A DNA stretch of 64,000 nt, taken from contig JAAPAO010000058.1 of assembly GCA_013115145.1 (NCBI GenBank), positions 34,994 through 98,993 of the forward strand. The letters are read 5' to 3'. Source of the DNA: Perkinsus chesapeaki ATCC PRA-425 (Eukaryota > Protista > Perkinsozoa). Position 1 is the first letter of the stretch. Each line of letters begins with the position of its first letter. This document shows, piece after piece, positions 25,630 through 39,230 of this stretch. Made by a program: the position numbers and the translations under genes. The notes beneath the pieces are model-generated. The model was not told the origin of the DNA. It worked only from the letters and a program-made list of their open reading frames with translations, and ran no database searches.

Positions 25630-28600
25630 ATGAACGATGATGATGCGGCTGATGGGCCCGTGCAGGACTCGGCTCTGACTGCGAGTGGTGCCGCCACAGG
25701 CACTCAGCAAAAACAGGTGTGTCTGCCTATATGTTGTATAGTGTATCTATTTCATCAGGTTCATAGGTTCATAGCCGAGCTTCAAGGGAAGGAAGAGGAG
25801 GCTTGTGCTGCATTGAAGACAGCAGTCTACCGTTGCCGCCAGGGGGATTTTTCTGGCCTCAGTACGTCTGCCTTTAACGCTACAGAGCGACAAAGTCTCC
25901 AACTCTCAGAACGTTACGTTGTCCTGTCGCCAGCGTGTGGTGAGCTCTTCACCCTCGCTGAACGAAAGGATCAGTCGGAGGCTGGTCGGACCATCAGCAC
26001 TACTGCCCTCTTCCTAGTGGAGCTGCTCGGTACGGAAGGGTACTCAGCGGAAATTGTCACTCAAGTCCCGAATGTTCAGGTTGGATACTGTTGGGCTGTG
26101 TTGAGGGGAGGTTCCCGAGCTCCTCGGTGACCGGCAATGCCGTCTGCCGTGGCATATTAAACTCCTCTACTATGTTTACTTCGCGCTGTCTATTCGCAGT
26201 CTTGAACACCTCCAGGGACTGGGCTCTCATCGGGGCCCTCAGGCTCCTCAAAGGTGGTGGCATCATCCACTGCCATTAAGGGATAGTTAGACTTTCGCTC
26301 AGGCCTCTTCTCGTTTTCCCCTCGAGTGGCTTTACAGACCAACACTGCTGTGGCCAATTGGACGGTCACTCGAGATGCCAAAGGCACGGCGGCGAACGAC
26401 ACAACTGAGCATGGTTGGAAGGCGCTTTCCAGGCTGCTTGGGCGACGCAGGGTTACTGTAATTATAGCGAACGAACTGCTGCTCGAAACGATTGCTCCAG
26501 GCCGAGGGCGACACTGTTAGAGAGCACGGCCTCCATCTGGCCGTGGCCATCTTGAAGGCCGCCGAGACTAACAAGGATCTCGCCGCTCAACTTGTCCTTC
26601 ATCCGGTAGCAGTACTTCACGCAGTACTGGAAGAAGTGTGACCATGTCAATGCTTAGATGTGGCGACCATTCCTCAGCCGAGCGTTGGCTGGTAGCGGCA
26701 ACGAGACGTGCGTGGCTCCTCAACAACGTGGCGAAAACAACGACAATCGCCCACGGGACGTAACTATGGCCTTGGAGAGGATGCGCCAGGCTGAAGTGGC
26801 AGTGCTGGAGCAGTTGGGCCACTTCCTTAGGAACGCTAAGGTGAATCACTCTGCCATCTAGAGCTGTCCATCACAACTTTTATTCAGTCCCGCCGGACCC
26901 GCCTATTCACTGACCAGGAGTTCTTCCTTCCCCGTCTGTCCCGTGTGGTGGTGGAAGCCACTGACGAATCCGTTCTGGATGCGGCCGAGGCACTCTGGAC
27001 TTCGATAGCCACGGACACTGAGCTCTGGTCTGGAGATATGAACAGCCTCGGTATCGCTCTAGCAGCTATAAAGCCACCTTGCGACTCCCAGACTAACATC
27101 CTCTCCGAGGCCCTGTCTGCGCACAAGTCACCGGAGCTATGGCACGCAGTCGCAGAGAAGTCATCCCTCTCCTTATCACCAACGCCATCTTTACGGTGGC
27201 TCGCAGCTGTGGCATCGGCCGTCGAATTGCTAGATGACCCAACTCCCTGTGAGGCTCCTCTGCTGCCGTCTTGCCTGAACAGATCTGAGCTCACCGCCGG
27301 CCTGTTGTTCGCTGGCAAGGACCGAGTACTTGTCCGTACAACCACTCTAGGTCTCATTACCGCAGCCCTGAAAAGATTGACTAGTAACCACGTCCAGAAT
27401 ATTGCGGTAAGATCGCGCCTTTTTCGTTGAAGTGTTTTAGGCTACTTTTCAGGTGCTCAACGAGGTCGCTAGCATCCTCCCCGATATGCAAACGATCCTC
27501 AACGTCAAACCACCTTCCACGTCCACGAGCGCTCCCTACCTCCTGGCCTGGTCCCAGTGCATTTGCGCCTACCAGGAGGCTCTGCCCGGACGCTTCCTAC
27601 AATGCAAGTTTGACTGGGGCCGATCCCTTATCGAGTGCCATGAGCCCGTTCAAAGGGCGGTGCTGCTGCCCATGACCACACGGGTCCTCGCCAGCTTCCC
27701 GCTGGGCAAGAGCAAGCTCGCTTGGCTTAGACACCTCGTCGAGACTGACGCAATCGACGAGTTTTCTGAAAGCCTTTACGCCACTGGTCTATTCAATAGC
27801 CAGAAAGAGGCTCGGCACTGGGCGAGCTTGCCCACCAAGCCCGAGAGGCTTTGGGTCATCTCCGTCCTGCAGCAACTGGCTCAGCATCCTCTATTGCCAG
27901 TTGACACCTGGGCATCTGACTTCGTTAAGCAAGCTCTAACAGGGAAGCCCTCGCCCCCTCCTGGCAGCTGTTGTGTGGCTGATGCCGTGCTGTTGTTGGT
28001 ACAGTCAGGAGAGGTCCCTATAGAGGAGTGGAGGCGCTTACTCGGTCAGTACGGCAACCAGGGAGACCTGCTCAAGGACCTGGACTTGTCAAGTTCCACT
28101 AGCGACCTCAACTGCAACGAAACCAAATCCCGTTCACTCGATCCCTTAGACAGTTTGATCGCCCGTGCCACCGATGGTAGCACTGACTTGTCAGCTGCCG
28201 CCCAGTCCCCGACGCTCTTGGCGGCTGCAGTTGACGAGCTTTCCTATGAAGGGGAGTTCTCTGCCGCACTCGACATCATCTCGTCGGTGCCCAGTAAAGG
28301 GTACGATGTATTCGGCCTCGACGGTGTCCTCGCTAAGAATCCTGCCCTACTCTCCGCCATTGCCAGTGCCGATCCGGAACAGTTCCGCCACGGTTTGCTC
28401 TGGGTCCTATCTCCGAGTGTATTCGTACAAGTTGCTCAGTACCGCAGTGCCATTGCCTTCGAGACCGCTGACTACTTACAGCACAAGCCCAAGAAGCTGA
28501 GGAAGAAGTGGGGACCGCAGCGCTTCGATCGCTCCGTGGTTGGCGCTTGTTGTGCTTTGGTTGCACATGATGGCGATGAGAGGGCCCAAGCCCTGGCCAA

Positions 28601-30972
28601 TGAGTTCGGTCCTATATCGATGGAGCTGGACCAACTACCTCGAAGGCTCCTCCCTCGTTTGCCCTCACGGCTCATCGACATCAGCTCACTGAGCACCGCT
28701 GCTATCATTGCCGAGAACGACTCTGCTCTCTCACAGTGGTGGGTTGACGGAGGCCATCTAGATCTCGAAGACGGGTCCATGACAGATGATGTGCTCTTGG
28801 AGATCTTGGAGACGACCACCCTGCCGGAGGCCAGTCTGTCTGACCTTGTGAAGTCTGGTAGAATAACTCCATCGAACGCTGTTGCCGCCGGAAAGCAACT
28901 CAGTCGGCTGGAAGAGGTCAAAGAGAGCGTCCGCGAGTACTGGTATAGCAAGGTTGTCCCTTCCCTACCCGACCCAACGCTTCTTGGCGACGCCAGTACC
29001 GTCCTTGCTATGGCTTACAGTCCCTGCGAAGGCCACTATGAGTTGCTACAGCGGCTAGTGGGGCTTTGGGGCCTTAGTCGCTCCGAAAACGACAAGGCCT
29101 TACTAAGAATGATACTGGAGATAAGCTGCATGCATGAACTCTCCCGCAAGGCTGAGTATCGTCCTGACTCTAGGATACCACGTGCCATTGCCAAGGAGTG
29201 TCATAGGTTACCCGTACCAGCAATATTGTTGGATAACAAGTACGCTCGTGAAGCCACGTCTGATCTATGCTTGGATTCCTTTCAGCTTGTCTATGGTTAG
29301 CTCCGAGCCGTCCGAATCCCTCGACATAGACGCCTTCACTGTTTTCACTGCCGGCCGGATTCGGCGAGCAGATGCCACAACGACTGATGAGGACTGGCAG
29401 AACTACACGCCAGCAGCCGAGTTGGACTCGCTCGCCACAGAGCTTTGCTCCAGTGGCCGTGCGCTTGGAGCCCTACTGGTCGCCACTTCGAGTCGAGATA
29501 AGATCGTCAGAGACCTGTCCAGAGATGCGCTTGGTCGGATTACCAGCTGCCTGGAATTGAAGGTTCAAGGCCGCGACCAGAGCGGCATCCGACTGGGGTT
29601 CCGAGACGCACATGAGGTAACTCTAACCTGCATCTGTGCCAGGTGTATTGGCATTGTTTCGCCAGGTGCTGTTTCTCCTGCATGCCTACCTCAACTCTTT
29701 GCCCGAATCGACGGACCAGCCATCGCCATCAGTGCTGGCCCATGCTGTAGCGCAAATGGCCAACGTGGTGGTGCGACCTGAGTCCCCTGAGTACGAGGAG
29801 GTCTGTCATTCCCTGCTGGCCAGGTAGGCTCATCATTAGCATCTATTCAGGCTAGAATGCTCTATTAGGCCAGCTTTGGACACCACAGATGTGCCCCTTT
29901 GGTTTGATCTGTTTTACTCCAAAAGCGTCACCAACTGTACCCACCATAGACGTTGGATACTGCAAGTGCTCACTACACCTACTCATCCGGACTACATCAC
30001 ACCAGGTCGGCGAAGGGGGCTCGCTGGTAGCTTTAAACCGCTCTGTTAGATACTGTCACCGGGCCTTTGGGGAAGCGTCGCGTTCCTGAGGCTCTGATGG
30101 CTCTTACTGCCGATGTCACCCAGACTGATATCCAATTGGAAAGCTACTCCCTCGACATTGTAAAGAGACTTTAACCTCACTAGCTTGTCCTTACACACTC
30201 CGTCTTTAGATGTACCACATCATTCAGTTTTACTGCTCGAGGCCAGCAGCACTCGTGAAGTTCGTGAAGAACCACGCTGTTGTAGAGTGGTCTTATAACC
30301 TCCTCCGGGACAAGGGCAATGTAAGGCCTCCCGTCCTCTTGGCTTACCAGAGTACCCCTTCAGGTGGAAGCACTTCGGTCCACGAGTCTGGACATAGCGA
30401 GTCTACTTCTTGCCAAGCTGCCTGCGCATCCTAATCTGGTTGGGTTACTCGATCTCTTCGCGGATCTTGCGGACACATCACGGCTTCACTCACTGGCAGC
30501 TACCGTCCTACCGCGGTACATACGATGGGCTACCTCAAAGCTAGTCGACAAACTAGCTGTGATGCAGTTGCCGCTCACTAGCCTGCTTCGCATGCTCTCC
30601 CAAAGGCCCACCGATCCTTGCTTGATGAAGTCGGTTGTTGCATCCCTAAAAGCTACCACAACTACCAAGGCTCCTGCGGAATTGGAGACTGCTTTCATCT
30701 CCGTCTGCCGCTCGGAAACCCCTGGCGCCATCGACTTAGCACGGAGAGCATCTGGGTTGATGGGATTGACGTGGAAGTCTCGAATCGCAATCGCCAACAT
30801 CCTTCTTCGTGGCAACAAACGAGCCCTCCTAAGTCTGCCCGTGGATGCACTGGAAGCCATGAGCCGACTGCCCACCGTAGAGGATCTGCCCGACTGGCCT
30901 GATGAAGTCGATAGGGATGTTATCGAGGACGCAGAGACCCTCATGCGAGCTGCTATCAGTGCCTCAGCTTAG
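25630..30972 (+). CDS. URB1: URB1/Npa1 nucleolar pre-ribosomal-associated protein
   Basis: Very large helical protein. Its C-terminal exons LPGVLALF..AHAVAQMANVVVRPESPEYEEV and TDVPLWFDLFYS..HRRWILQVL..DY..GRRRG resemble the NopRA1 domain. Confidence 0.7.
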
Positions 30973-31489
30973 ACGTATCTACTAACGTATTTTACCAATG
31001 TTACTCTTGAATGGATTTCCCATCCTCGAATGATTCGCGTTGTCAGTATAACTATTTAACTCAACTCTATCATCACGTGTACGCCTCTAACCTCTACTAC
31101 TACATCTACACCTACATGACAGATTCAACGATTGTGGAGTGCTACGGATAAAATAGTGAAAAGACGATGAAATAGTACAAATACGAACATCATTATTCAA
31201 CAACTGCTGCCGCTGCTGTCGTCTGTTTTTTAACTCTTCCAATAAACTACCATTTGGCGCTTTCCCTTCAAAGATAAGTGACATCGCTGTCGACTTTAGC
31301 AGCAGCAACAACAGGCAGACCAGAGCATCCATCCAACCACAGTGTTAAACAAGAATCATGCAGATCACTTGCTTGTGGCTTGTATGTCAAAGACTCTATA
31401 GAGCTTCGATCATCATCATCATGGTAGGGGTGTTGTTGATGTCACTACGACCATCAAGACGTATTTATTCTGACCAACCAGGCGGCGTC

Positions 31490-33721
31490 TCAAACTGCGG
31501 GTTCCTCCCGAGGAGGTGGCATGGTGAAGTCAGGATTGGGCATGAATTCATCCTTCACGAAGGTGTAGCTTACAACATGGGTACGCAGCCAATGGATCGA
31601 TTCGGTCTTCTTCCACGAAGGTTGTTTCTTGACCCAGTCGCGGTACATGTCGTTGGAAACAATAACACCATCCTTCTTTCTTGCATACTGGAGACAGTAA
31701 GAATCATCGTAATCCTAAAAGTGAACATATTGCCCACTTTTAAAGGAGCGTAAAGCAATCTCACCTTTGAAGGGGTGAGGGCGAGTCTGCCCTGAGTTTG
31801 CAGCTTGAGCAAGATGCCTATGTTATCCACCGGTATGTGGGTTGGTGCGGCCTTAATGCCATGTAAAGTCTGAACCTTCATCTTCTGAGCATTGCGAAGC
31901 TTAAACAACTCGTTACGGTCAACCAAGTAGTCCGGGAGAAACACCATCACCTAAGCCACAATAATGCACCCTCGACACCATCGGATCATCACACCTCGTG
32001 CCCCCGAGATACATAGTAATCGACACAGATCTGCAGTCCCTTGCAAGTGAACTGTTGTCCGCCATGTCGGTTAGCAACATTAGGCCCATCAATCAGCACT
32101 AGTGGCTTGTAGTCATCTTGAGCAGGGCTATCGCGGAATCGAACTTCTGGTGTATAGCTGTTGGTTGACGTTCCACTTGAACCATCTTCTAGAAGGTTTC
32201 CCTGAAGCAGCAGTCTCATTGGCCATATGCCTTCAATGAGAGCTTACCCATCTATCAGTGCCACTATTTTTGAACGTGCAAGCTCGGCGAACTGCCGTAG
32301 TTGGTTTCGCTCTTTCCCGTTCAACACTCCTGGATTTCCTTACATAACGCGGCTTTGCCCGCTTCACCTCCACCACCGGCTCCGAGGCCTTCCTGACTCC
32401 TATATCCTTCGTTATCGAATACATGCCGCGAGGCTTTGACTTAGGAGAGATATGTAGACAGATGCTCACCAGCCTGCTAGCCATCGCCGCGCTCGGATTC
32501 TCACTGGGTCGACCTGGAGTCATGGCTTTGCGGAATACGTCGGTTTCAACAGTGGACGCCCAAGGACTGTCGGTAACCGTGGCTGCGTACTTGGCACAAT
32601 GTGCCTCTACTATACCATCTACATCAGCATCACCATGCCAATGAGGTCCCATGAATTCAAGGCTAAGGAGAAGTGAGCACCATAGAGCAGAGGTCGATAT
32701 CCTATCAGCCTCCAGGACTGGTTCCAGAGCCAATGCTGCTCCTATCGACGAGATCAACGCCTTAACTGGCCCCCGCTCCTCTTCGGTTGAAGAAAGCGTA
32801 AGTGCAGCAGTTAGCAAGACCAACCAATGCCAAGTACCCGTTGAAGTCTTCGGCGGCTCGTCCACCATCACCAAACCAGCAAGCTTCAATGGCTCAGGAG
32901 CTTGTGATTCGCCCCGCATGCACGCCGTACACTGACTTAGGATGCCCTTCGCGAATGCCTGCGCTGGCTCCGGCACTTCCTTTTGGCGCCGAGCAGCGCT
33001 ATCAATTTTAGCAACTAAATGCTCTGTCTGTTCCCCACCACCAGCCGAGTCGTAGCGCAGAAGATCGTAGCAGATTTTGACGAGGCGTCTACGCTGGAGA
33101 CTGGAAGTTATCGATAGGAGGCCGACGGCTGGGGAATGACGAGGCCCCAAGTAGCGCACACAACGCTCGTAATGCTCCACGGCTAGGTTCAAGTGGCTTG
33201 GCTCGACAAAGCTGCCAACATACCTGAAGCATCCAACTCACGACCATCGGGTCAGATAAGTACCTCTCGAGATCGCCAAAGACAACCTCGAAGCGGCCGT
33301 CCAGGACACGCAGTACAGCAGCGTCACCTTTAGCTCCTTTGCTTTCCCCAATCCTCCGTCGTAAATCCGTGAAGTACATATTCACAGTCTTGGCCTGCAG
33401 TCTAAGCTGCTCCTTTAGTTCCTCACGTTTGCCGCTGCCTGCCTCTGCTCCCAGAGACCGCAGAGCAGCCATCGTTTCGGATAAAGGATCATACCTGCCC
33501 AAGGCCTCATGGCCAACCACAGCGCCGCCGCCCTACACTATCTTCCAGATCTTGCCAACTGCCCTCCCCTTCACTGCCTCAACGAACTTGTCCTTATCGG
33601 CGCTGGTCAAGGCCGTCTCATAGATGTCGAGCCTCTCCACCGGGCTGGTGGGGCGCGATCGATTGCTCCGAGGATCTTCGCTGGCCTCCTCACTGGAGGT
33701 CGAGCTATTACCGTCATTCAT
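31490..33721 (-). CDS. SMG6L: Smg6L-like NMD nuclease: EST1/SMG-type TPR domain + Regnase (Zc3h12a)-type NYN/PIN RNase
   Basis: Spliced VFGDLERYVG..LAVEHYERCVRYLGPRHSPAVGLLSI..RRRL..Y resembles the EST1/SMG6 GDxxRY..A..Y....P region. C-terminal LIDGPNVA, DYDDSYCL, IVSNDMYRD and SYTFVKDEFMP carry the Regnase-type acidic catalytic residues. Confidence 0.82.
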
Positions 33722-33874
33722 CAACTAACTTAACTGACTGCACCTGTTATACTGTAATGACCTATCCCAACGCAAAAGAGGTGGTTTAACAAAGCGACAA
33801 ATAATAATAGCAAACACCAGCACCACACCGCAGGTTGCTGTTGTGGATCGGCGGCGGATAAAACTGTATCATTT

Positions 33875-36800
33875 TTAGCGTCTCTGAGAGCTTCTGCGAT
33901 TGTTGCCTCGACCTCCTGAGCGTCCACCGCCACCTCGATCGCTAGACCTCCGGGAGTCTCCCCTGAATCTGAACCCAACAAATAGACCGCTGGTTGATGA
34001 CAGCTAATGAGGGCCTACCGGTCGCGGCTCGCACCACGGTGACTCGATGAACGACGGTATCCCTCATCGACCTTCCTATCTCGACTATGGTAATCCCGAT
34101 CGTCCCGATGTCTGCTGCCCGATCGAGACCGACTGCCACACAACCAAAACATCATCACCATACGTACCAATGGTTTTATTACCTTCTGGTGCCAGGCTCC
34201 CATCGATCAGGTTCATCCTCATATTGCTCACTTCTCCTATCCCTTCTATGACTCGACTGCCGGTGACTGCGCTCTCCCTTATCTTCCTCCTCGCCGTGAT
34301 GACGGTCTGGGGGGCTGCTGGCTCTCCGTCGCCTCTTGCTTAGTGTCGCCGCATTAACCGATAGTTTACATTCATGTTTACGCCGTGAGCCAACCCTCTC
34401 GCATGGTAAAGGATGACGGTCGTAGCTAGGCCTATTGGAAATAACCTGCCCCCCGGTCTGAGGCAGCCACTGCAGTGGACTGTCCGCAGTGATGTCAACC
34501 AAAGACAATCCCTCTGTGTCCGGACCTAATCGGTACCTCATGATGAAACGTGCAGAGTTCACTCGACCACCGGCGCTTTCGACACAATGGGGCCGGATCA
34601 AATCAACAGTTCCTTCACTAGAATTCTGCACCATCAACAAAGGCTCTTGATAATAGGGCAAGTAGATCGGCACCAAAGCACTTGCAGTGGAAGAGACCTT
34701 CGTTCGGGACACTTCTGTCCATTTACCATCAGCCAAGGGTAAATGAGCAATCACCAGATACCCTGGCTGTTCCAACCACGCCATGAAGACCTCCACTGGC
34801 CAGGTATTCACCGAAAGCCTTCGAGCAGCGTAGACGTACAGCGGCACCGGTCGACAAGCCGTTCCGATGTTACCGTTGGCTTTAGCCAGAGCCTTCGGCT
34901 TAGATATCTCGACGGTAGCCCTCTGAGGATCCGCAATGACACGAATAGAAGTGCCATGGTCAGCCGTGTGGACTATGAAGAATGTGCAGACTTGCTGCTG
35001 CTGTCCCGGGGCCTTCGAGTGATGGTAGAGCACCTCCACCTCACAGGAGCTATCGAAGAACTCCGGCTCTTGAAGCACGTCAACCTCTCTCACGAACTGC
35101 CAGGCCGTGGTGGGGTTCTGGACGAAAAAGACACCACCTTTCTGACTAGATCGGTGCACCGCCATAACGAACAAGTCGGGCTCGGTGGAGGTGCTGGTGA
35201 CAGGAGAGAACATGAAGGGATAGAAGTGGCATTGAGAGAAGGGCACAGCTTCATCGCCGAACTCGAGCAGTGTTGTCCATTGGTCGCAGTGCTGGCTGAC
35301 GTCAGCCGCGCAGACCTTGGTGGATTGATGCTTGGCGTCCTGTACCACCACAAAGAGGCATTCCCTATTGGGGGCCCATCTCAACGGAGTGACTCTCATA
35401 CTCTTCGATGAGCTTCGACCAGGAGCTATCACGCTACTTGGAAGGGCCTTCATGTCCAAGTCCAGGCCCTGCAAAGTTGAAAGGCAGCACGCTGCTCCTT
35501 TACGACTGCTATGGGCAGCAGTAGCAGTAACCTTGGTGGGGCTGCCAGAACTGCCATCAATCGCCGATCCACAGTCTTCTCTGACCCAAAGTATGCTGGT
35601 ATCGTTTTCCACCGGTCGAGGTGGCGGAATATTAACAGGCATAGGTGGCTCGAAGGGGAGCCTCTTGTCGACGAAGCGCCCATCGTAGCGATCTGGAGCA
35701 GCCAGGTCGGTGAGGGGCAGATCCATTGTGAGATCTCTGACGCTGCATTTGGTGACCCTCGGCACTTGCATCTGTCGGACTACCCGAGGATTCGGGCTCA
35801 TCACCAGCCGATCGCACGATAGGCCTTCAGATAGGTAAAGCCTCCACACCTGCATCGTCCCCGCTGCTCCAGCATCACCTGCAGATGTCGCCAACAAAAG
35901 AGGCTCCGGCAAGTAAGGAAGATAGACCGGGGCGATCCTCGTATGCGGAGAGGTGCTCAGCGTGACAGCGGCTACCCTCTGCCAGGAGTCGGTGGCCAAG
36001 GCGTTGAACTGGGGCAGCTTTGCTATACGCAGCATGCCACCAGCTACCCAAGCCACGTAAATGTGGAAGTTGGGCAGCGAAGAGTGGGACTCTCCAGAGG
36101 AGGAAGGAGGCAGGACGTAGAGGACCTTAAGCTTGCAAGATACGTCCACGTCACCGTTGGTGATAGAGCTGTTCACCTTGACCCAGGCAGCTGTGGGGTC
36201 GCAGATCTCCCTCAATGCACAAGCATCACCGTCCTGGATGAAGACGAATGTTCTCCCTTGCATATAAACAGGAGTGACTCGAACGTTGCATCTGACTCCA
36301 GGGGTCACCGACCATTCCTCTCCAGGAGCTATGTCCCTCAAAGGCACCCACGGCTGGTTCGGGGCGCTCACTTGGAACACTCTACCCGCACCAGTGGGAC
36401 GGTGCAGAGCCAGGACGATCATCAGATACTGGCCAGGAGAGTCTGGGGTCTCTCCGGGGGCCAAAGGAGCCCGAAGCATCATCGGCACCAACTTGGACTC
36501 TGCCAGAGCTTGGTCATCTCTGGTCTCGAACATCGTCGGCCACATCTCCATTGGACTATCCGACCGCGACACGCACATGCGCAGTCGGCCAGTCTGCTTG
36601 TGCTGGAGGATGACGAATGGCTCCTTCTCGTTGGACCATCTCAGAGGTGTGCACTTCCAGCCCCTCTCGGTAGGCTGGGCTGCATCAGGCTTCGATAAAT
36701 AAAACTGTTCACCTTCAGACTTCAGCGTCGACAGCTCACTCACGTCCAGGCCAGGAGGGTTCTTCAGTGTAACCATCACCGGTGTACTGGCAAGTAGCAT

Positions 36801-38819
36801 ATCCCCACTGGGGAGAGCACCACCATTAATGACTCCAACACCCGGCGGCGGTGGCGGCATGCCTCCAATTGGCGGTGGCGGTGGAGGCGGAGGCTGTTGC
36901 TGGCCTCCCATTGGTGGCGGTGGTGGGGGAGGGGGAGGCTGCATTGACCGACCGTAACCTTTACCACTGTTGGTCCTATGAACTGGCTTGGTCTCCTTAG
37001 CCCATTGCAGGACATGATCGACCAGCTTAGTGAACTCCTCTTTGGCTAGGGCAAGGACGTGCTCCTTCGGCTGGGGGCCAGGGCGACCGCTGTCGTAATA
37101 GACCATGATATGGACCCTTGGGTCGGTGAAGACAGAGCCATAATTCTTCATACTTCGGGCGGCCAAGGTAACCCTTGCCTTGCACACGGACGCGATCTGT
37201 TTCACATTCATACCAGACGGGCCCATGAGGCGGCTGAAAATGTTGTCGTGGCGGTAGGCGCCCATCGACCCTTGGAGCATCCTCTGGCTGTCGGAGAAGG
37301 TGACAACCATCGGCTCATCCATCGCCTGGGCCCCAGGGATGATCTCAGAAGCGAACTTGCCATCTATCGCGTCCTTGCAGGCCGAAGCGCCATCGTGGGA
37401 CTCAAAGAGAACATAGGCCTCGCCTCGGGACTCGGTCGGGGTGGCACCGCCATCACGGACGATGAAGACCTCCATGATGCTACCGTACTTCGACAGCGAC
37501 ACGCCGATCTCCTGAAACGAGATAAATCAATAAAGAAACAGCGTAGACGCATAAGACCGAAACCTAACCTATTTGGTATCTTGTTGCGCACGGCGAAGAT
37601 TTATTGCTGCCCTCAGGAAGGAGACATATCACATTCGCGAGGAGGGTTCTGGGGGCTTCCACCAAGAGGGTTCTGCTGCCACTGACTGCCAATTTGGGCA
37701 ACACAAGGCCAGGGGATCATCAATTCAGCCCGAGCTAGAAAGCCCAGGGCTTGGATCGAAAGAATCATGTAAAGTTGAAGCGATTTGGAGTGAAAGAATT
37801 GTTATGAGCTACTGGAGGTTAGTGATGCCAAAGTCGATGACGTTACATTATCTGAGATGGACTTGGGCAAGTTGCGGATGAAGAGCTCGTCATCAGACTG
37901 CACTCCGGTGGTAGTGTAGGGCTCTCCATCATATCTATTTTGCAGGTCTAACTCATCCACGTAAATCTGATAGAAAAACCGGATAACATCAACAACTCAA
38001 AGCCTTCCTTACCTTTTCAAAAGGCATGTGACTATTATTGACCCTTGAATGGTCTAGCTGATGAGGTGGAGGTGCCCCCATAGACATTCCTCCCGGGGGC
38101 GGTGGTGGAGGAGGCGGGGGTGTCGCCGGACGAGGATTGGATCCTGTCCCTTGACTCCGGGCCGGACTTCTGGACCTTTCGCGCCGTACAGCCTCCTACA
38201 GTCAGACCGTAAGGCTCCCCTCTCAGGCGTCCATAGTTTCCTTACGGCAATTGCCGACTTAATCATCTCCATTGCTCTATCAACCTTCGACTTTGGGCCA
38301 GTAACATCGATACGCCTCATGTTCATAGCATCAGGGGCTCTATCGATCTGAACGTGAGCTCCACTCTCGTTCTGGATGCCACTGATCCTCTCGCCGTTCC
38401 TCCCTAAATGGATAAGGCAAACCTGATTAGTCTATCCCTCCTGGATGATGCTGGCTGCACCATCATCATCATGGTGGTCTCGCTATGCCCAAGGAGCTTG
38501 TGCCGGCAGAACCGTTACTTAAAACTCAAAACAACGCGAAAGGCCATGCTCGTGGTCTAAGTCATGTTGGCCGCAGCCGGTGCAGCCGATAGCAGTAGCC
38601 GCAGTTCGTACGGAAAGAATAATAATGCTCACCAATAATGATGCCCGCGAAATCGTTCCTAATCAACTGATGCTCGGAGACCTCAGGCTCGGCAGGGGTC
38701 GAGGGGGCTTCAGGCTCAGCCGGCGAAGCGGACGAATTGGCGGCCCCTTCCACAGCAGCTAACGAAGTTGCTTCTGGTGGGGGAGTTCCTTGAGGAGGAG
38801 AAGGAGTCGCTGTTGACAT
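33875..38819 (-). CDS. Large RNA-binding protein: KH - RRM - SF1-type KH - Pro-rich - two copies of an unrecognised ~330-aa domain - RS/RGG tail
   Basis: KH1 AGIIIGRNGERISGIQNESGAHVQI; RRM ELFIRNLPK..RGEAYVLF; KH2 NIFSRLMGPSGMNVKQI..DPRVHIMV; 3.3-kb exon 34179-37502; final spliced exon RSSDRGGGGRSGGRGNNRRSSQRR*. Confidence 0.8.
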
Positions 38820-39230
38820 GAACGCAAAGGCGCTTGGAGGTTGGTAGAAATTGTTCAGCACGAATTCCAGGCGGAGCGAAGCGATTCACGTTCTTGCAGT
38901 TTTCTTGCAGAGCCTAATGCCCAAGAGACATCGCAACAGTAGCACTTTTGGCAGCCGATGGAGTGAGGGGGGTAGGTTCAGTGTTATCGTGTAGCCCGTC
39001 CTTGAGTAGTTCATACCAAACACTAAGGGGAATCAAGTCGCTGTAACAAAATCTTACCCCACTGCTGTTTGTAGGCAGCTGCTGATTTCGTTAGGGGGAT
39101 TCCCACAGATAATCTTTATGGGACATGCACTTGTCGTTCTAATGTGAATCGTTCGAATGGCTCTGCTTAGCAATGGATCCTCGCGTATAGACGGACAATT
39201 CCATCTTTTGATGAAGGGTTTTTTTCAATC

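Noticed and set aside
34743-37685. Long plus-strand ORFs (222, 251, 208 aa) opposite the KH/RRM gene, and similar antisense ORFs opposite URB1 and NCKX
   Set aside because: These are antisense shadows of GC-rich coding exons, with no motifs or splice support.
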